64,000 nucleotides of DNA, from assembly GCF_003334255.1 (NCBI RefSeq), contig NZ_QOWU01000002.1. One strand, written 5' to 3'. A program made the position numbers and the translations under genes. The stretch is from Escherichia coli (GTDB lineage: Bacteria > Pseudomonadota > Gammaproteobacteria > Enterobacterales > Enterobacteriaceae). Under the pieces are notes generated by a model, which did not search any database, was not told the origin of the DNA, and was given only the letters and a program-made list of their open reading frames with translations. This document shows positions 33,440 through 47,385 of the stretch, in pieces (the stretch's first letter is position 1; each line of letters starts with the position of its first letter).

Positions 33440-36400
33440 TTACCCTACCGCTGGCGTCGGGTCATCGCCTTTGTAGTCGCGTTTTACTTCCGTCACCTCA
33501 TCGCCCTTCTCGTTGTGCAGATGCACTTCAAGCTGGTTAAAGGCAATGTTGATGTCGTTTTCACGGCACAGCTGATCGATAGTACGGTTCAGCTCATCGA
33601 CAGTACGACTACGGTCACGCAGTTCACGCACATACAGACGCAGCTCATGATCCAACGTGCTGGCACCAAATGCCGTAAAGAAGACTTCCGGCATTGGTTC
33701 GTGCATCACCCTTGGGTGCTCAGTCGCCGCCTTCAGTAACACTTTACGCACTTTTTCCAGATCGGAGCCATAGGCCACGCCGAGACGGATCACCAGACGC
33801 GTAGTAGTGTCAGTCAACGACCAGTTGATCAGACGCTCGGTAACAAACGCTTTGTTCGGGATGATCACTTCTTTGCGATCGAAATCGGTAATCGTTGTCG
33901 CACGAATACGGATCTTACTTACCGTCCCCGAGAAGCTACCAATGGTTACCGTATCGCCAATACGCACCGGACGTTCGAACAGAATGATCAAACCGGAGAC
34001 GAAGTTACCGAAGATCTCCTGTAAGCCAAAACCAAGACCTACGGATAATGCTGCGGCCAGCCACTGGAGTTTATCCCAAGAGACGCCCAGCGATCCGAAC
34101 ACCGTCATCGCACCAACGGCAATAATGATGTAGTTAAGGATGGTAGTAATGGCATACGACGCGCCCTGGCGCATATTCAGTCGCGAGAGCACCAGCACTT
34201 CCAGCAAACCAGGCAGGTTGCGAATCAACGCCCAGGCCACCATTGAGGCGATAATCGCAAACAACAGGCTGCCCATGGTGACGTTTTTCACCACCGCAGC
34301 ACCAGCTTCAGTACCGTTGTAATGCCAGAGCGTAATGCTGTCGAGATAGCTGAACACGGTGATCAAATCGGACCAAATTGCCCAGAACATGACACCGAAC
34401 AGCGCAAACATCAGCAACATGGTAATACGCAGCGTCTGCTGGTTAACCTGTTCCAGTGCAATGGTGGGTTCTTCCGGCGGTTCGGCACCTTCTGCGCCCT
34501 CTTTCACCAGATTCTGCCGACGCGCCAGCGCACGACGCCAGGCGATACGCCGCGCCGCTACGCTTAAGCCACGCAGTACCGTCTGGTACAGCAGGTTCCA
34601 GATGATCACCAGATAAACGGTTTCAATCCAGCGTCCTGCCAGACGCAGCGTAGTGTAGAAGTAGCCTGTAGCAGTCAGCACCATCAGCGCAATCGGGATT
34701 ATCGACAGCACGGTAATGGTGACCAGTCGCATGGTGTGCGACTCTTTATCACGCCAGCTTTCGCGGCACATCGGCCATACCAGGAAGGCAATCAGCAGCA
34801 GGTTGAAGAAAATCATCGCTTGCCCCAGCACATCATCCATCAGATGCAGCGGGGAAAGTTCTGCCACCACAGACCAGAAATGGATAGGCAGCAATGCGAG
34901 ACTGATGCGGACAATTTGCCGACGCCAGTGGCTGGTCTGCTGTTCCGGCATGCCGAAGTGACGTACGGCAACGCCGTTTTTCTCCAGTACCTTCCAGCAC
35001 AGGCCAAACACCAGCCAGAATATCGCCAGTTTTTTGCTGAACGACCATAGCAGTTCGCTGATGTTGAGCTGCATGGTCAACAGAATCAGGCCAACCGCGA
35101 GAATAATCAGGCACACCGGCAGCGCACGGATCAGGTCGATAAGGATCGCTTTTGGTGTGTTGAGCTGGCTGTCGTTACGCAGGGAACCCACAGCGGAAGC
35201 CAGTTTTTGTTGATACGCTTTCAGCCAGCCCAGACGCCAGTGGATCAGCCCGGCAATCAACAGCAGCGGCAAACCAGCGAGGAAAGCGATAAAAACGGCG
35301 GGCCAGGCTTTTTGCCAGTTCACCGTGATTTTCATCGACTTAAATTCATCTTTCAGGCTTTGCGGGAACGCTTTGATCCAGTCCCAGTCCATTGGACGGT
35401 TACTGTTCACCCAAAAGATTTGCTGAGTCAGGATGGATTTCAGGTTTTTCGACACACTCATTAACTGCTGCTGGTTGATTTGCAGGTTAATGGCCATCAT
35501 CAGCTGGTTACCCAACTGTTTGTTGAGTTGATCCAGCAATTCGCGACGCATATCAACCACTTGCAATAACGCATCGTGAACTTCGCTGTTGACTTCGTTG
35601 GTGTGACCTTCTTCCAGTTTGTTGACGAACGCATCGCTCTGGAAGAGTGCATCACGCTGCTGGTTAACTTCAAACTGTTCGAGACGCAAATCCGCGATGC
35701 GGTTGGTCATGTTTTCCAGTTCATCCGCCGAGGGCAGCGTTTGTTGTTGCTGGTAAAGGATACGAGACAACAGCAGGCTGCCCTTCAGGACGGCAATCTG
35801 CTCTTTAATATTGCGTTCCGATTGCAGCGCCCGCTCCAGCCAGTTTTTGACTTTAATGTTTTGCTGCATCAACTGATTACCGTTTTCAGTCGCGGTAATC
35901 AGACGCTGACTTAACTGCTGGTTAATTTCCAGTTCCTGCTTCACCAGCGGATTAGCCTGAATACGCGCGGCTTCATCCGGGGAGACGGCTTCCTGCGCCG
36001 TTTTTTCGGTTAAAGTCAGGCGCTTGCTGTTTACCGCTTCTTGCAACAGTTGTAACTGGTGCTCCAGACGAGCGCTGTTCGCCGTCACGTAATCACGTTG
36101 CTTTTGCAAGGTATCCTGCAAGACGGTGTTCCCTTCCAGGCTTTTACGCTGCTGGTCAATCTCCGCATTCAGCAACGCCTGCTGGGCCTGCATTAACACT
36201 TTCTGGCTGGGACGTAAGGCTGTCTCGCCGACATCAGTCCCATCCAGACGACTGCGAATTTGTTGCAGCTGCTGCGAAGCGTTATACATCGCATTTTGCA
36301 CGCGTTCGGGCTGCGTCTGTAACGAAACCAGCTGGCTGTTATAAGACGCCAGATCGTTTTGTGCGTTTTGCAAATCGTCCAGCGCCTGGGCAACGCGAGT

Positions 36401-36802
36401 TTCCAGCTGGCGCAACGAAAGCGTGCTCAGAATTTTGCGCGTTTCTTCGTCGTTATCGACATCGCTAAGTGCTGTTAACGCCGCGGTCGCCTGGCGCATT
36501 TTTTCCGGCGCTTCAGCGACTTTTTGCCGTAGCTGAACTGTCTCTTCTTTTATGCGATCGATTTTATCGAGGGTGGCTAATGTATCTGTCAGATCCTGCT
36601 GCACCAGTTTGTCCTGAGCAGAAAGATCTTTTTGTTTATTTAGTGAGTCAAGTTGCGCCTGCAGGTCCGCTTTTGTCGGCAGATCACCATTCGATGACGC
36701 CCGCGCAAACGCCGTGTTCTGGCATAACAAGACAAAAACAAAAGCAATAAATGCTGAAAAAACAAAATGCCGTGATCGTTTGTAATACTGGAACATAGTC
36801 AT
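33440..36802 (-). CDS. mscK: Potassium-dependent mechanosensitive channel
   Basis: 1120-aa ORF with signal peptide, long coiled-coil periplasmic domain and MscS-like C-terminus. Confidence 0.95.
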   Translation of the reverse strand: MTMFQYYKRSRHFVFSAFIAFVFVLLCQNTAFARASSNGDLPTKADLQAQLDSLNKQKDLSAQDKLVQQDLTDTLATLDKIDRIKEETVQLRQKVAEAPEKMRQATAALTALSDVDNDEETRKILSTLSLRQLETRVAQALDDLQNAQNDLASYNSQLVSLQTQPERVQNAMYNASQQLQQIRSRLDGTDVGETALRPSQKVLMQAQQALLNAEIDQQRKSLEGNTVLQDTLQKQRDYVTANSARLEHQLQLLQEAVNSKRLTLTEKTAQEAVSPDEAARIQANPLVKQELEINQQLSQRLITATENGNQLMQQNIKVKNWLERALQSERNIKEQIAVLKGSLLLSRILYQQQQTLPSADELENMTNRIADLRLEQFEVNQQRDALFQSDAFVNKLEEGHTNEVNSEVHDALLQVVDMRRELLDQLNKQLGNQLMMAINLQINQQQLMSVSKNLKSILTQQIFWVNSNRPMDWDWIKAFPQSLKDEFKSMKITVNWQKAWPAVFIAFLAGLPLLLIAGLIHWRLGWLKAYQQKLASAVGSLRNDSQLNTPKAILIDLIRALPVCLIILAVGLILLTMQLNISELLWSFSKKLAIFWLVFGLCWKVLEKNGVAVRHFGMPEQQTSHWRRQIVRISLALLPIHFWSVVAELSPLHLMDDVLGQAMIFFNLLLIAFLVWPMCRESWRDKESHTMRLVTITVLSIIPIALMVLTATGYFYTTLRLAGRWIETVYLVIIWNLLYQTVLRGLSVAARRIAWRRALARRQNLVKEGAEGAEPPEEPTIALEQVNQQTLRITMLLMFALFGVMFWAIWSDLITVFSYLDSITLWHYNGTEAGAAVVKNVTMGSLLFAIIASMVAWALIRNLPGLLEVLVLSRLNMRQGASYAITTILNYIIIAVGAMTVFGSLGVSWDKLQWLAAALSVGLGFGLQEIFGNFVSGLIILFERPVRIGDTVTIGSFSGTVSKIRIRATTITDFDRKEVIIPNKAFVTERLINWSLTDTTTRLVIRLGVAYGSDLEKVRKVLLKAATEHPRVMHEPMPEVFFTAFGASTLDHELRLYVRELRDRSRTVDELNRTIDQLCRENDINIAFNQLEVHLHNEKGDEVTEVKRDYKGDDPTPAVG

Positions 36803-36929
36803 GATGAATGAAGGTTTCTGAACCTGAAGAACGACCTGAAAAAGTCAAACCGCAAGAATATCACGACGCAGTGAACCAGAATAGCAACGACGAAAATGTC
36901 CAGGAAAAATCCTGGAGTCAGATTCAGGG

Positions 36930-37577
36930 TTATTCGTTAGTGGCAGGATTACGAAGCGTGGGGCACAGGAGATACATCTCCAGTAAGATGGCAACGTAAT
37001 CGCGGGCTTCTTTTTTAAGATCAAAAGATTGCGGGGCAAAGAGCCAGTTTTCCATCAGGCCGGAAATATAGCCGCGCATAATAATTGCTGCGCGACGCGT
37101 CATTAAATCCGCAGGCAACATTTTCGCTTCAATACAATGTTTTAACGTTTGTTCTATACGGTCATAACTTTCCAGACAGAGATTACGTTGTGCCTGTTGC
37201 ACAACAGCCATTTCTCCGACAAATTCGCATTTGTGGAATATAATCTCCATCAATAATCGACGCCGTTCTTCTGTCACCGTGGATTCAAGAACATGAATTA
37301 ATATCTCTCTTAATACTGAGAGTGGATCGCCAGGGAATTTTGCCTGATACTCAAGCTCTAGTTCACCAATATTGGATTCTGACAGTTCCCAGATCTCACT
37401 GAACAAATCCGACTTGTCTTTAAAATGCCAGTAGATTGCACCGCGCGTAACGCCAGCTGCTTTTGCAATCTCGCCCAGCGAGGTGGATGATACCCCCTGC
37501 TGTGAGAAAAGACGTAGAGCCACATCGAGGATGTGTTGGCGCGTTTCTTGCGCTTCTTGTTTGGTTTTTCGTGCCAT
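36930..37577 (-). CDS. acrR: TetR-family repressor of acrAB
   Basis: 215-aa ORF matching recalled AcrR; divergent from acrA. Confidence 0.95.
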
Positions 37578-37605
37578 ATGTTCGTGAATTTACAGGCGTT
37601 AGATT

Positions 37606-37629
37606 TACATACATTTGTGAATGTATGTA
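37606..37629. promoter_or_regulatory. AcrR operator (24-bp palindrome) in the acrR/acrA divergent promoter region
   Basis: Perfect inverted repeat TACATACATTTGTGAATGTATGTA. Confidence 0.85.
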
Positions 37630-37718
37630 CCATAGCACGACGATAATATAAACGCAGCAATGGGTTTATTAACTTTTGACCATTGACCAATTTGAAATCG
37701 GACACTCGAGGTTTACAT

Positions 37719-38912
37719 ATGAACAAAAACAGAGGGTTTACGCCTCTGGCGGTCGTTCTGATGCTCTCAGGCAGCTTAGCCCTAACAGGATGTGACGACA
37801 AACAGGCCCAACAAGGTGGCCAGCAGATGCCCGCCGTTGGCGTAGTAACAGTCAAAACTGAACCTCTGCAGATCACAACCGAGCTTCCGGGTCGCACCAG
37901 TGCCTACCGGATCGCAGAAGTTCGTCCTCAAGTTAGCGGGATTATCCTGAAGCGTAATTTCAAAGAAGGTAGCGACATCGAAGCAGGTGTCTCTCTCTAT
38001 CAGATTGATCCTGCGACCTATCAGGCGACATACGACAGTGCGAAAGGTGATCTGGCGAAAGCCCAGGCTGCAGCCAATATCGCGCAATTGACGGTGAATC
38101 GTTATCAGAAACTGCTCGGTACTCAGTACATCAGTAAGCAAGAGTACGATCAGGCTCTGGCTGATGCGCAACAGGCGAATGCTGCGGTAACTGCGGCGAA
38201 AGCTGCCGTTGAAACTGCGCGGATCAATCTGGCTTACACCAAAGTCACCTCTCCGATTAGCGGTCGCATTGGTAAGTCGAACGTGACGGAAGGCGCATTG
38301 GTACAGAACGGTCAGGCGACTGCGCTGGCAACCGTGCAGCAACTTGATCCGATCTACGTTGATGTGACCCAATCCAGCAACGACTTCCTGCGCCTGAAAC
38401 AGGAACTGGCGAATGGCACGCTGAAACAAGAGAACGGCAAAGCCAAAGTGTCACTGATCACCAGTGACGGCATTAAGTTCCCGCAGGACGGTACGCTGGA
38501 ATTCTCTGACGTTACCGTTGATCAGACCACTGGGTCTATCACCCTACGCGCTATCTTCCCGAACCCGGATCACACTCTGCTGCCGGGTATGTTCGTGCGC
38601 GCACGTCTGGAAGAAGGGCTTAATCCAAACGCTATTTTAGTCCCGCAACAGGGCGTAACCCGTACGCCGCGTGGCGATGCCACCGTACTGGTAGTTGGCG
38701 CGGATGACAAAGTGGAAACCCGTCCGATCGTTGCAAGCCAGGCTATTGGCGATAAGTGGCTGGTGACAGAAGGTCTGAAAGCAGGCGATCGCGTAGTAAT
38801 AAGTGGGCTGCAGAAAGTGCGTCCTGGTGTCCAGGTAAAAGCACAAGAAGTTACCGCTGATAATAACCAGCAAGCCGCAAGCGGTGCTCAGCCTGAACAG
38901 TCCAAGTCTTAA
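37719..38912 (+). CDS. acrA: Multidrug efflux periplasmic adaptor (membrane fusion) lipoprotein
   Basis: 397-aa frame from MNKNRGFTPLAVVLMLSGSLALTGC (lipobox) inside 409-aa track ORF. Confidence 0.95.
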   Translation: MNKNRGFTPLAVVLMLSGSLALTGCDDKQAQQGGQQMPAVGVVTVKTEPLQITTELPGRTSAYRIAEVRPQVSGIILKRNFKEGSDIEAGVSLYQIDPATYQATYDSAKGDLAKAQAAANIAQLTVNRYQKLLGTQYISKQEYDQALADAQQANAAVTAAKAAVETARINLAYTKVTSPISGRIGKSNVTEGALVQNGQATALATVQQLDPIYVDVTQSSNDFLRLKQELANGTLKQENGKAKVSLITSDGIKFPQDGTLEFSDVTVDQTTGSITLRAIFPNPDHTLLPGMFVRARLEEGLNPNAILVPQQGVTRTPRGDATVLVVGADDKVETRPIVASQAIGDKWLVTEGLKAGDRVVISGLQKVRPGVQVKAQEVTADNNQQAASGAQPEQSKS

Positions 38913-38931
38913 CTTAAACAGGAGCCGTTAA

Positions 38932-42083
<3,152 letters not shown>

Positions 42084-42101
42084 TACAACGTGTAATCACT
42101 A

Positions 42102-42127
42102 AGGCCGCGTAAGCGGCCTTTTTTATG
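42102..42127 (+). terminator. Intrinsic terminator downstream of acrB
   Basis: Hairpin aaggccgcg-taa-gcggcctt followed by ttttat. Confidence 0.8.
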
Positions 42128-42628
42128 CATAACCTACGAACATTAAGGAGTAATTGAACCACCAACTCAGGATCTCATACGAAAACCAGTATTAACCACG
42201 GATAAAATTCATAAAAAATACTGATTGTTAGTTAATTTATATTAAGTAGCGCTAATAGATTTAATAATCCATAATCATTTAGAGGCTATTCTTAATTATT
42301 TGCGGTAATTCTTTATTCATTCCTCGGTTATTACGTCATATTCAGAGCAATCCTGGTATTAGTGTCACCAATTTCATCTGGCGATAATCCTGAAATGTTA
42401 TGAATAGTTCGAGCAAACTGCTTTTACCTGCTGCGGGTTAGTGCTAGTATGAAAAAGTGAGTCCTGTCCCGCTTCCTTCCTAATTGTAATTTTTCGTAAT
42501 AATGCGATGAAAACCTGCAAAGAGTGGCTTATAGTTAAGCTAACAAACGAGAGGGCAAGTCCAGGTCAGTAAGTTTTTTCCATCCCGAAAGGTGTCCGTT
42601 AGTTCAACCGCTAAGAAGGGGACGCGTT

Positions 42629-43003
42629 ATGGATGAATACTCACCCAAAAGACATGATATCGCACAGCTTAAGTTTCTCTGTGAAACCCTGTATCATGAC
42701 TGCCTTGCAAACCTTGAAGAAAGCAATCATGGCTGGGTAAACGACCCAACCTCGGCGATCAACCTCCAGTTGAATGAACTGATTGAGCATATTGCGACCT
42801 TCGCACTTAATTACAAAATTAAGTATAATGAAGACAATAAGCTCATTGAGCAGATCGACGAATATCTGGATGACACCTTTATGTTGTTCAGTAGTTATGG
42901 TATTAATATGCAGGATCTTCAGAAATGGCGGAAGTCAGGTAATCGACTATTCCGTTGTTTTGTCAATGCGACGAAAGAGAATCCTGCGAGTTTATCTTGT
43001 TAG
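42629..43003 (+). CDS. tomB: Hha toxicity modulator TomB
   Basis: 124-aa ORF directly upstream of hha; matches recalled TomB/YbaJ. Confidence 0.9.
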
Positions 43004-43028
43004 AATTATTACAACCATAGGTAGAAGT

Positions 43029-43247
43029 ATGTCCGAAAAACCTTTAACGAAAACCGATTATTTAATGCGTTTACGTCGTTGCCAGACAATTGACACGCTG
43101 GAGCGTGTTATCGAGAAAAATAAATACGAATTATCAGATAATGAACTGGCGGTATTTTACTCAGCCGCAGATCACCGCCTCGCCGAATTGACCATGAATA
43201 AACTGTACGACAAGATCCCTTCCTCAGTATGGAAATTTATTCGCTAA
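43029..43247 (+). CDS. hha: Hemolysin expression-modulating protein Hha (H-NS co-regulator)
   Basis: 72-codon frame [72 protein letters not shown] inside a longer track ORF. Confidence 0.92.
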
Positions 43248-43418
43248 TAAATAATTCGCTTTCGGAGCTATAACCGGCTGTTTATTAAGAATTTTATACT
43301 TTTTCGCCATGAAGACATACCCTATGTGATCTTTATCACACAGATGTAATGGGAACGTTCTCTTCACTGACTTTTCGTCTTACTGTGTTGCCGCATTTTC
43401 AGCAACCGGAGGTCAGTA

Positions 43419-43970
43419 ATGAGCACAGAAAAAGAAAAGATGATTGCTGGTGAGTTGTATCGCTCGGCAGATGAGACGTTATCTCGCGATCGCCTGCGCG
43501 CTCGTCAGCTTATTCACCGATACAATCATTCCCTGGCGGAAGAGCACACATTACGCCAGCAAATTCTCGCTGATCTATTCGGTCAGGTGACAGAGGCTTA
43601 TATTGAGCCAACGTTTCGCTGTGACTATGGCTATAACATTTTTCTCGGTAATAATTTTTTCGCCAACTTCGATTGCGTGATGCTTGATGTCTGCCCTATT
43701 CGCATCGGTGATAACTGTATGTTGGCACCAGGCGTTCATATCTACACGGCAACACATCCCATCGACCCTGTAGCACGTAATAGCGGTGCTGAACTGGGGA
43801 AACCCGTCACCATCGGTAATAACGTCTGGATTGGCGGACGCGCGGTCATTAACCCTGGTGTGACCATTGGTGATAACGTCGTGGTAGCCTCAGGTGCAGT
43901 TGTCACAAAAGATGTCCCGGACAACGTTGTCGTGGGCGGTAATCCAGCCAGAATAATTAAAAAATTGTAA
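43419..43970 (+). CDS. maa: Maltose O-acetyltransferase (hexapeptide-repeat)
   Basis: 183-aa ORF matching recalled Maa. Confidence 0.93.
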
Positions 43971-44085
43971 TCGGTTTTTCGCAACTGTTATGCAAAATTG
44001 TGGTAGATCTGTTACTTCCCCTCTACTATTCCCACGTTAAAATAGGGTGTTCCCTGGAAAGTTGCAGATACCACGAAGGCAAACG

Positions 44086-44556
44086 ATGACCGAAATACAA
44101 CGCCTGCTGACCGAAACGATTGAGTCTCTGAATACCCGCGAAAAACGCGACAACAAACCCCGCTTTAGTATCAGTTTTATCCGTAAACATCCGGGGCTGT
44201 TTATCGGTATGTACGTTGCTTTTTTTGCCACCCTGGCGGTGATGTTGCAGTCCGAAACGCTGTCAGGCTCTGTCTGGCTACTGGTTGTATTATTTATCCT
44301 GCTTAATGGTTTCTTCTTTTTCGATGTCTACCCACGCTACCGCTATGAAGATATCGACGTGCTGGATTTCCGCGTTTGCTATAACGGCGAATGGTACAAC
44401 ACGCGCTTTGTACCTGCCGCGCTGGTTGAAGCCATCTTGAACTCTCCGCGTGTCGCGGATGTTCATAAGGAACAACTGCAAAAAATGATCGTCCGTAAAG
44501 GTGAACTGTCTTTTTACGATATTTTTACCCTCGCTCGCGCCGAATCAACATCTTAA
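44086..44556 (+). CDS. ylaC: Inner membrane protein of unknown function
   Basis: 156-aa frame from [14 protein letters not shown] inside 169-aa track ORF; two predicted TM segments. Confidence 0.85.
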
Positions 44557-44719
44557 GTTAGGGTTACATACCAGGCGTAAAGCTCTGCGCCTGGTCAAAT
44601 GACAATGATCGTTTCCACCCATCACTTCATGAAATACCAGCTCTACCTCCTTATCTCCAGCCAGCCTTTTTCCACAATCAGATATACTTTCCCTACACTG
44701 TGTTAATAAGGATATGCTG

Positions 44720-46270
44720 GTGAGAACACGACATCTGGTCGGCCTTATTTCGGGAGTACTGATTCTTTCAGTATTGCTGCCTGTCGGCTTAAGCATCTGG
44801 CTGGCCCATCAGCAGGTAGAAACATCGTTTATTGAAGAGCTGGATACCTATTCCTCCCGCGTCGCTATTCGAGCCAATAAGGTGGCGACACAAGGGAAAG
44901 ATGCGCTGCAGGAGCTGGAAAGATGGCAAGGCGCTGCCTGTAGCGAAGCCCATCTCATGGAAATGCGTCGGGTATCTTACAGTTATCGCTATATTCAGGA
45001 AGTGGCTTATATCGATAACAACGTTCCCCAGTGTTCGTCTCTGGAGCATGAAAGTCCGCCCGATACCTTCCCCGAGCCAGGTAAAATTTCGAAAGATGGT
45101 TATCGTGTCTGGTTAACATCGCATAACGATTTAGGCATTATCCGTTACATGGTCGCCATGGGAACGGCACATTATGTCGTCATGATCGACCCCGCTTCCT
45201 TTATTGATGTCATTCCCTATAGCTCATGGCAAATTGATGCCGCCATTATTGGCAATGCCCATAACGTTGTCATAACCAGCAGCGATGAAATTGCTCAGGG
45301 AATTATTACCAGGCTACAAAAAACACCCGGTGAGCATATCGAAAATAATGGAATCATTTACGATATCCTGCCCTTACCGGAGATGAATATTTCGATCATC
45401 ACATGGGCTTCAACGAAAATGTTGCAGAAAGGCTGGCATCGGCAAGTCTTTATTTGGTTACCGCTCGGGTTGGTGATTGGCCTGCTGGCAGCGATGTTTG
45501 TGCTGCGTATTTTGCGCCGTATTCAGTCACCGCATCATCGGCTGCAGGATGCTATCGAAAATCGTGATATTTGCGTGCACTATCAGCCGATTGTCTCCTT
45601 AGCCAATGGCAAAATTGTCGGTGCTGAGGCACTGGCGCGCTGGCCGCAGACAGACGGTAGTTGGTTGTCACCAGATAGTTTTATTCCGCTGGCACAGCAA
45701 ACGGGCCTTTCTGAGCCATTGACGCTACTGATTATAAGAAGCGTCTTTGAAGATATGGGCGACTGGCTGCGTCAGCATCCACAGCAGCATATTTCGATCA
45801 ATCTTGAATCCCCCGTGCTCACCTCGGAAAAAATCCCGCAATTGCTGCGTGACATGATCAATCACTATCAGGTTAATCCCAGACAGATCGCGCTTGAACT
45901 CACTGAACGCGAGTTTGCCGATCCGAAAACCAGCGCCCCGATAATTTCTCGCTACCGGGAGGCGGGCCATGAAATTTATCTTGATGATTTTGGTACGGGG
46001 TATTCAAGTTTAAGTTATTTACAGGATCTGGATGTCGACATTCTGAAGATCGATAAATCTTTCGTTGATGCGCTGGAATATAAAAATGTCACGCCGCATA
46101 TCATCGAAATGGCAAAAACACTGAAACTGAAAATGGTAGCGGAGGGAATCGAAACCAGTAAACAAGAAGAGTGGTTACGCCAGCATGGCGTGCACTACGG
46201 TCAGGGCTGGCTCTACAGCAAGGCATTACCGAAAGAAGATTTCTTACGCTGGGCCGAGCAACATTTGTGA
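44720..46270 (+). CDS. pdeB: c-di-GMP phosphodiesterase (CSS periplasmic domain plus EAL domain)
   Basis: 516-aa frame (518-aa track ORF, start likely the GTG two codons in); EAL motif in VGAEALARW. Confidence 0.88.
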   Translation: MRTRHLVGLISGVLILSVLLPVGLSIWLAHQQVETSFIEELDTYSSRVAIRANKVATQGKDALQELERWQGAACSEAHLMEMRRVSYSYRYIQEVAYIDNNVPQCSSLEHESPPDTFPEPGKISKDGYRVWLTSHNDLGIIRYMVAMGTAHYVVMIDPASFIDVIPYSSWQIDAAIIGNAHNVVITSSDEIAQGIITRLQKTPGEHIENNGIIYDILPLPEMNISIITWASTKMLQKGWHRQVFIWLPLGLVIGLLAAMFVLRILRRIQSPHHRLQDAIENRDICVHYQPIVSLANGKIVGAEALARWPQTDGSWLSPDSFIPLAQQTGLSEPLTLLIIRSVFEDMGDWLRQHPQQHISINLESPVLTSEKIPQLLRDMINHYQVNPRQIALELTEREFADPKTSAPIISRYREAGHEIYLDDFGTGYSSLSYLQDLDVDILKIDKSFVDALEYKNVTPHIIEMAKTLKLKMVAEGIETSKQEEWLRQHGVHYGQGWLYSKALPKEDFLRWAEQHL

Positions 46271-46311
46271 ATTTTTGGGCTGACGGCACGCCGCACAGCC
46301 CGTCACGCTAC

Positions 46312-46665
46312 CTATTCGTCGATGATTGACTCGAATCCGCCATAGATCATTCGCTTGCCGTCAAACGGCATGGACTCGCCGAACTCTTTCATCCGTGGGT
46401 CCGACATCATCTTTTGATTAGCAGCGTCGCGGACCTCTTTTGAAGGGTATTCAATCCAGCTAAAGACAACCTCTTCATTCTCTTCCGCTTTCACCGCCAT
46501 ACGAAAATCGGTCACTTTGCCATCCGGTACATCGCTGGCCCAGCATTCGACAATACGAAGCGCGCCAAACTCTTTAAACAATGGCGCAGCCTTAGCGGCC
46601 ATTTCCCGATAGGCATCCTTTTTATCGGCAGGAACGGCAACCACAAAACCATCAACATACTTCAT
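46312..46665 (-). CDS. ybaA: DUF1428-family protein
   Basis: 117-aa ORF matching recalled YbaA. Confidence 0.88.
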   Translation of the reverse strand: MKYVDGFVVAVPADKKDAYREMAAKAAPLFKEFGALRIVECWASDVPDGKVTDFRMAVKAEENEEVVFSWIEYPSKEVRDAANQKMMSDPRMKEFGESMPFDGKRMIYGGFESIIDE

Positions 46666-46776
46666 CAGACATACCTCCGAAGCGTACTGCGCAGCCAGAC
46701 AATTCTTGCGACGTCAGTTGTGGTTAAAGTTTAGCCATGTTGGGATTTTTTGACGAAACGGTGGGAGGCAGAAATG

Positions 46777-46889
46777 GGTGGGGGCCCTGCCAGCTACATC
46801 CCGGCACACGCGTCATCTGCCTTGGCTGCTTCCTTCCGGACCTGACCTGGTAAACAGAGTAGCGTTGCGGGAGAACCAACAGAGCCCCC
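46777..46889 (-). ncRNA. ffs: 4.5S RNA (signal recognition particle RNA)
   Basis: Reverse complement reads GGGGGCTCTGTTGGTTCTCCCGCAACGCTACTCTGTTTACCAGGTCAGGTCCGGAAGGAAGCAGCCAAGGCAGATGACGCGTGTGCCGGGATGTAGCTGGCAGGGCCCCCACC; ends uncertain by 1-2 nt. Confidence 0.92.
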
Positions 46890-46965
46890 ATTGAGAGCGT
46901 TGAGAACCAACGCGCAGGCGCATTATCACTGCTGCCCCGGCTAATTGCAACCCATCGCGTGCCAG

Positions 46966-47355
46966 ATGCTGGTTTCTTGCGCAATGCGACTTCACTCGGG
47001 CGTTTTTCCAGATTATGCTGAAAAATTACCTCAGGAAGAAAAGATGGAAAAAGAAGATTCATTTCCCCAACGCGTCTGGCAAATCGTCGCCGCTATTCCC
47101 GAAGGCTATGTCACCACTTACGGTGATGTGGCGAAACTGGCGGGATCGCCCCGCGCCGCGCGCCAGGTGGGCGGTGTGTTAAAGCGTCTCCCTGAAGGCA
47201 GCACCTTACCCTGGCACCGGGTGGTTAATCGCCACGGCACAATTTCGCTAACCGGACCGGATTTACAGCGTCAGCGACAGGCATTACTGGCAGAAGGTGT
47301 GATGGTATCGGGAAGCGGGCAAATCGACTTGCAGCGTTATCGCTGGAACTACTAA
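46966..47355 (+). CDS. atl: Alkyltransferase-like DNA repair protein
   Basis: 129-aa frame inside 136-aa track ORF; start codon choice uncertain (alternative ATG at 46984). Confidence 0.82.
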   Translation: MLVSCAMRLHSGVFPDYAEKLPQEEKMEKEDSFPQRVWQIVAAIPEGYVTTYGDVAKLAGSPRAARQVGGVLKRLPEGSTLPWHRVVNRHGTISLTGPDLQRQRQALLAEGVMVSGSGQIDLQRYRWNY

Positions 47356-47385
47356 CCCTCTCCGGGCGGAGAGGGTTAACGTCGC

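Noticed and set aside
33440-33739. 119-aa plus-strand ORF starting at 33380
   Set aside because: Begins in the REP region and runs antisense into the mscK 3' end; no ribosome-binding site or conservation argument.
42128-42628. Possible mobile element or prophage remnant in the AT-rich region before tomB
   Set aside because: No terminal inverted repeats, direct-repeat target duplications, transposase or integrase ORFs are visible; low GC alone is insufficient.
46724-47062. 112-aa minus-strand ORF
   Set aside because: Spans the 4.5S RNA gene (ffs) and its flanks; the RNA gene explains this sequence.
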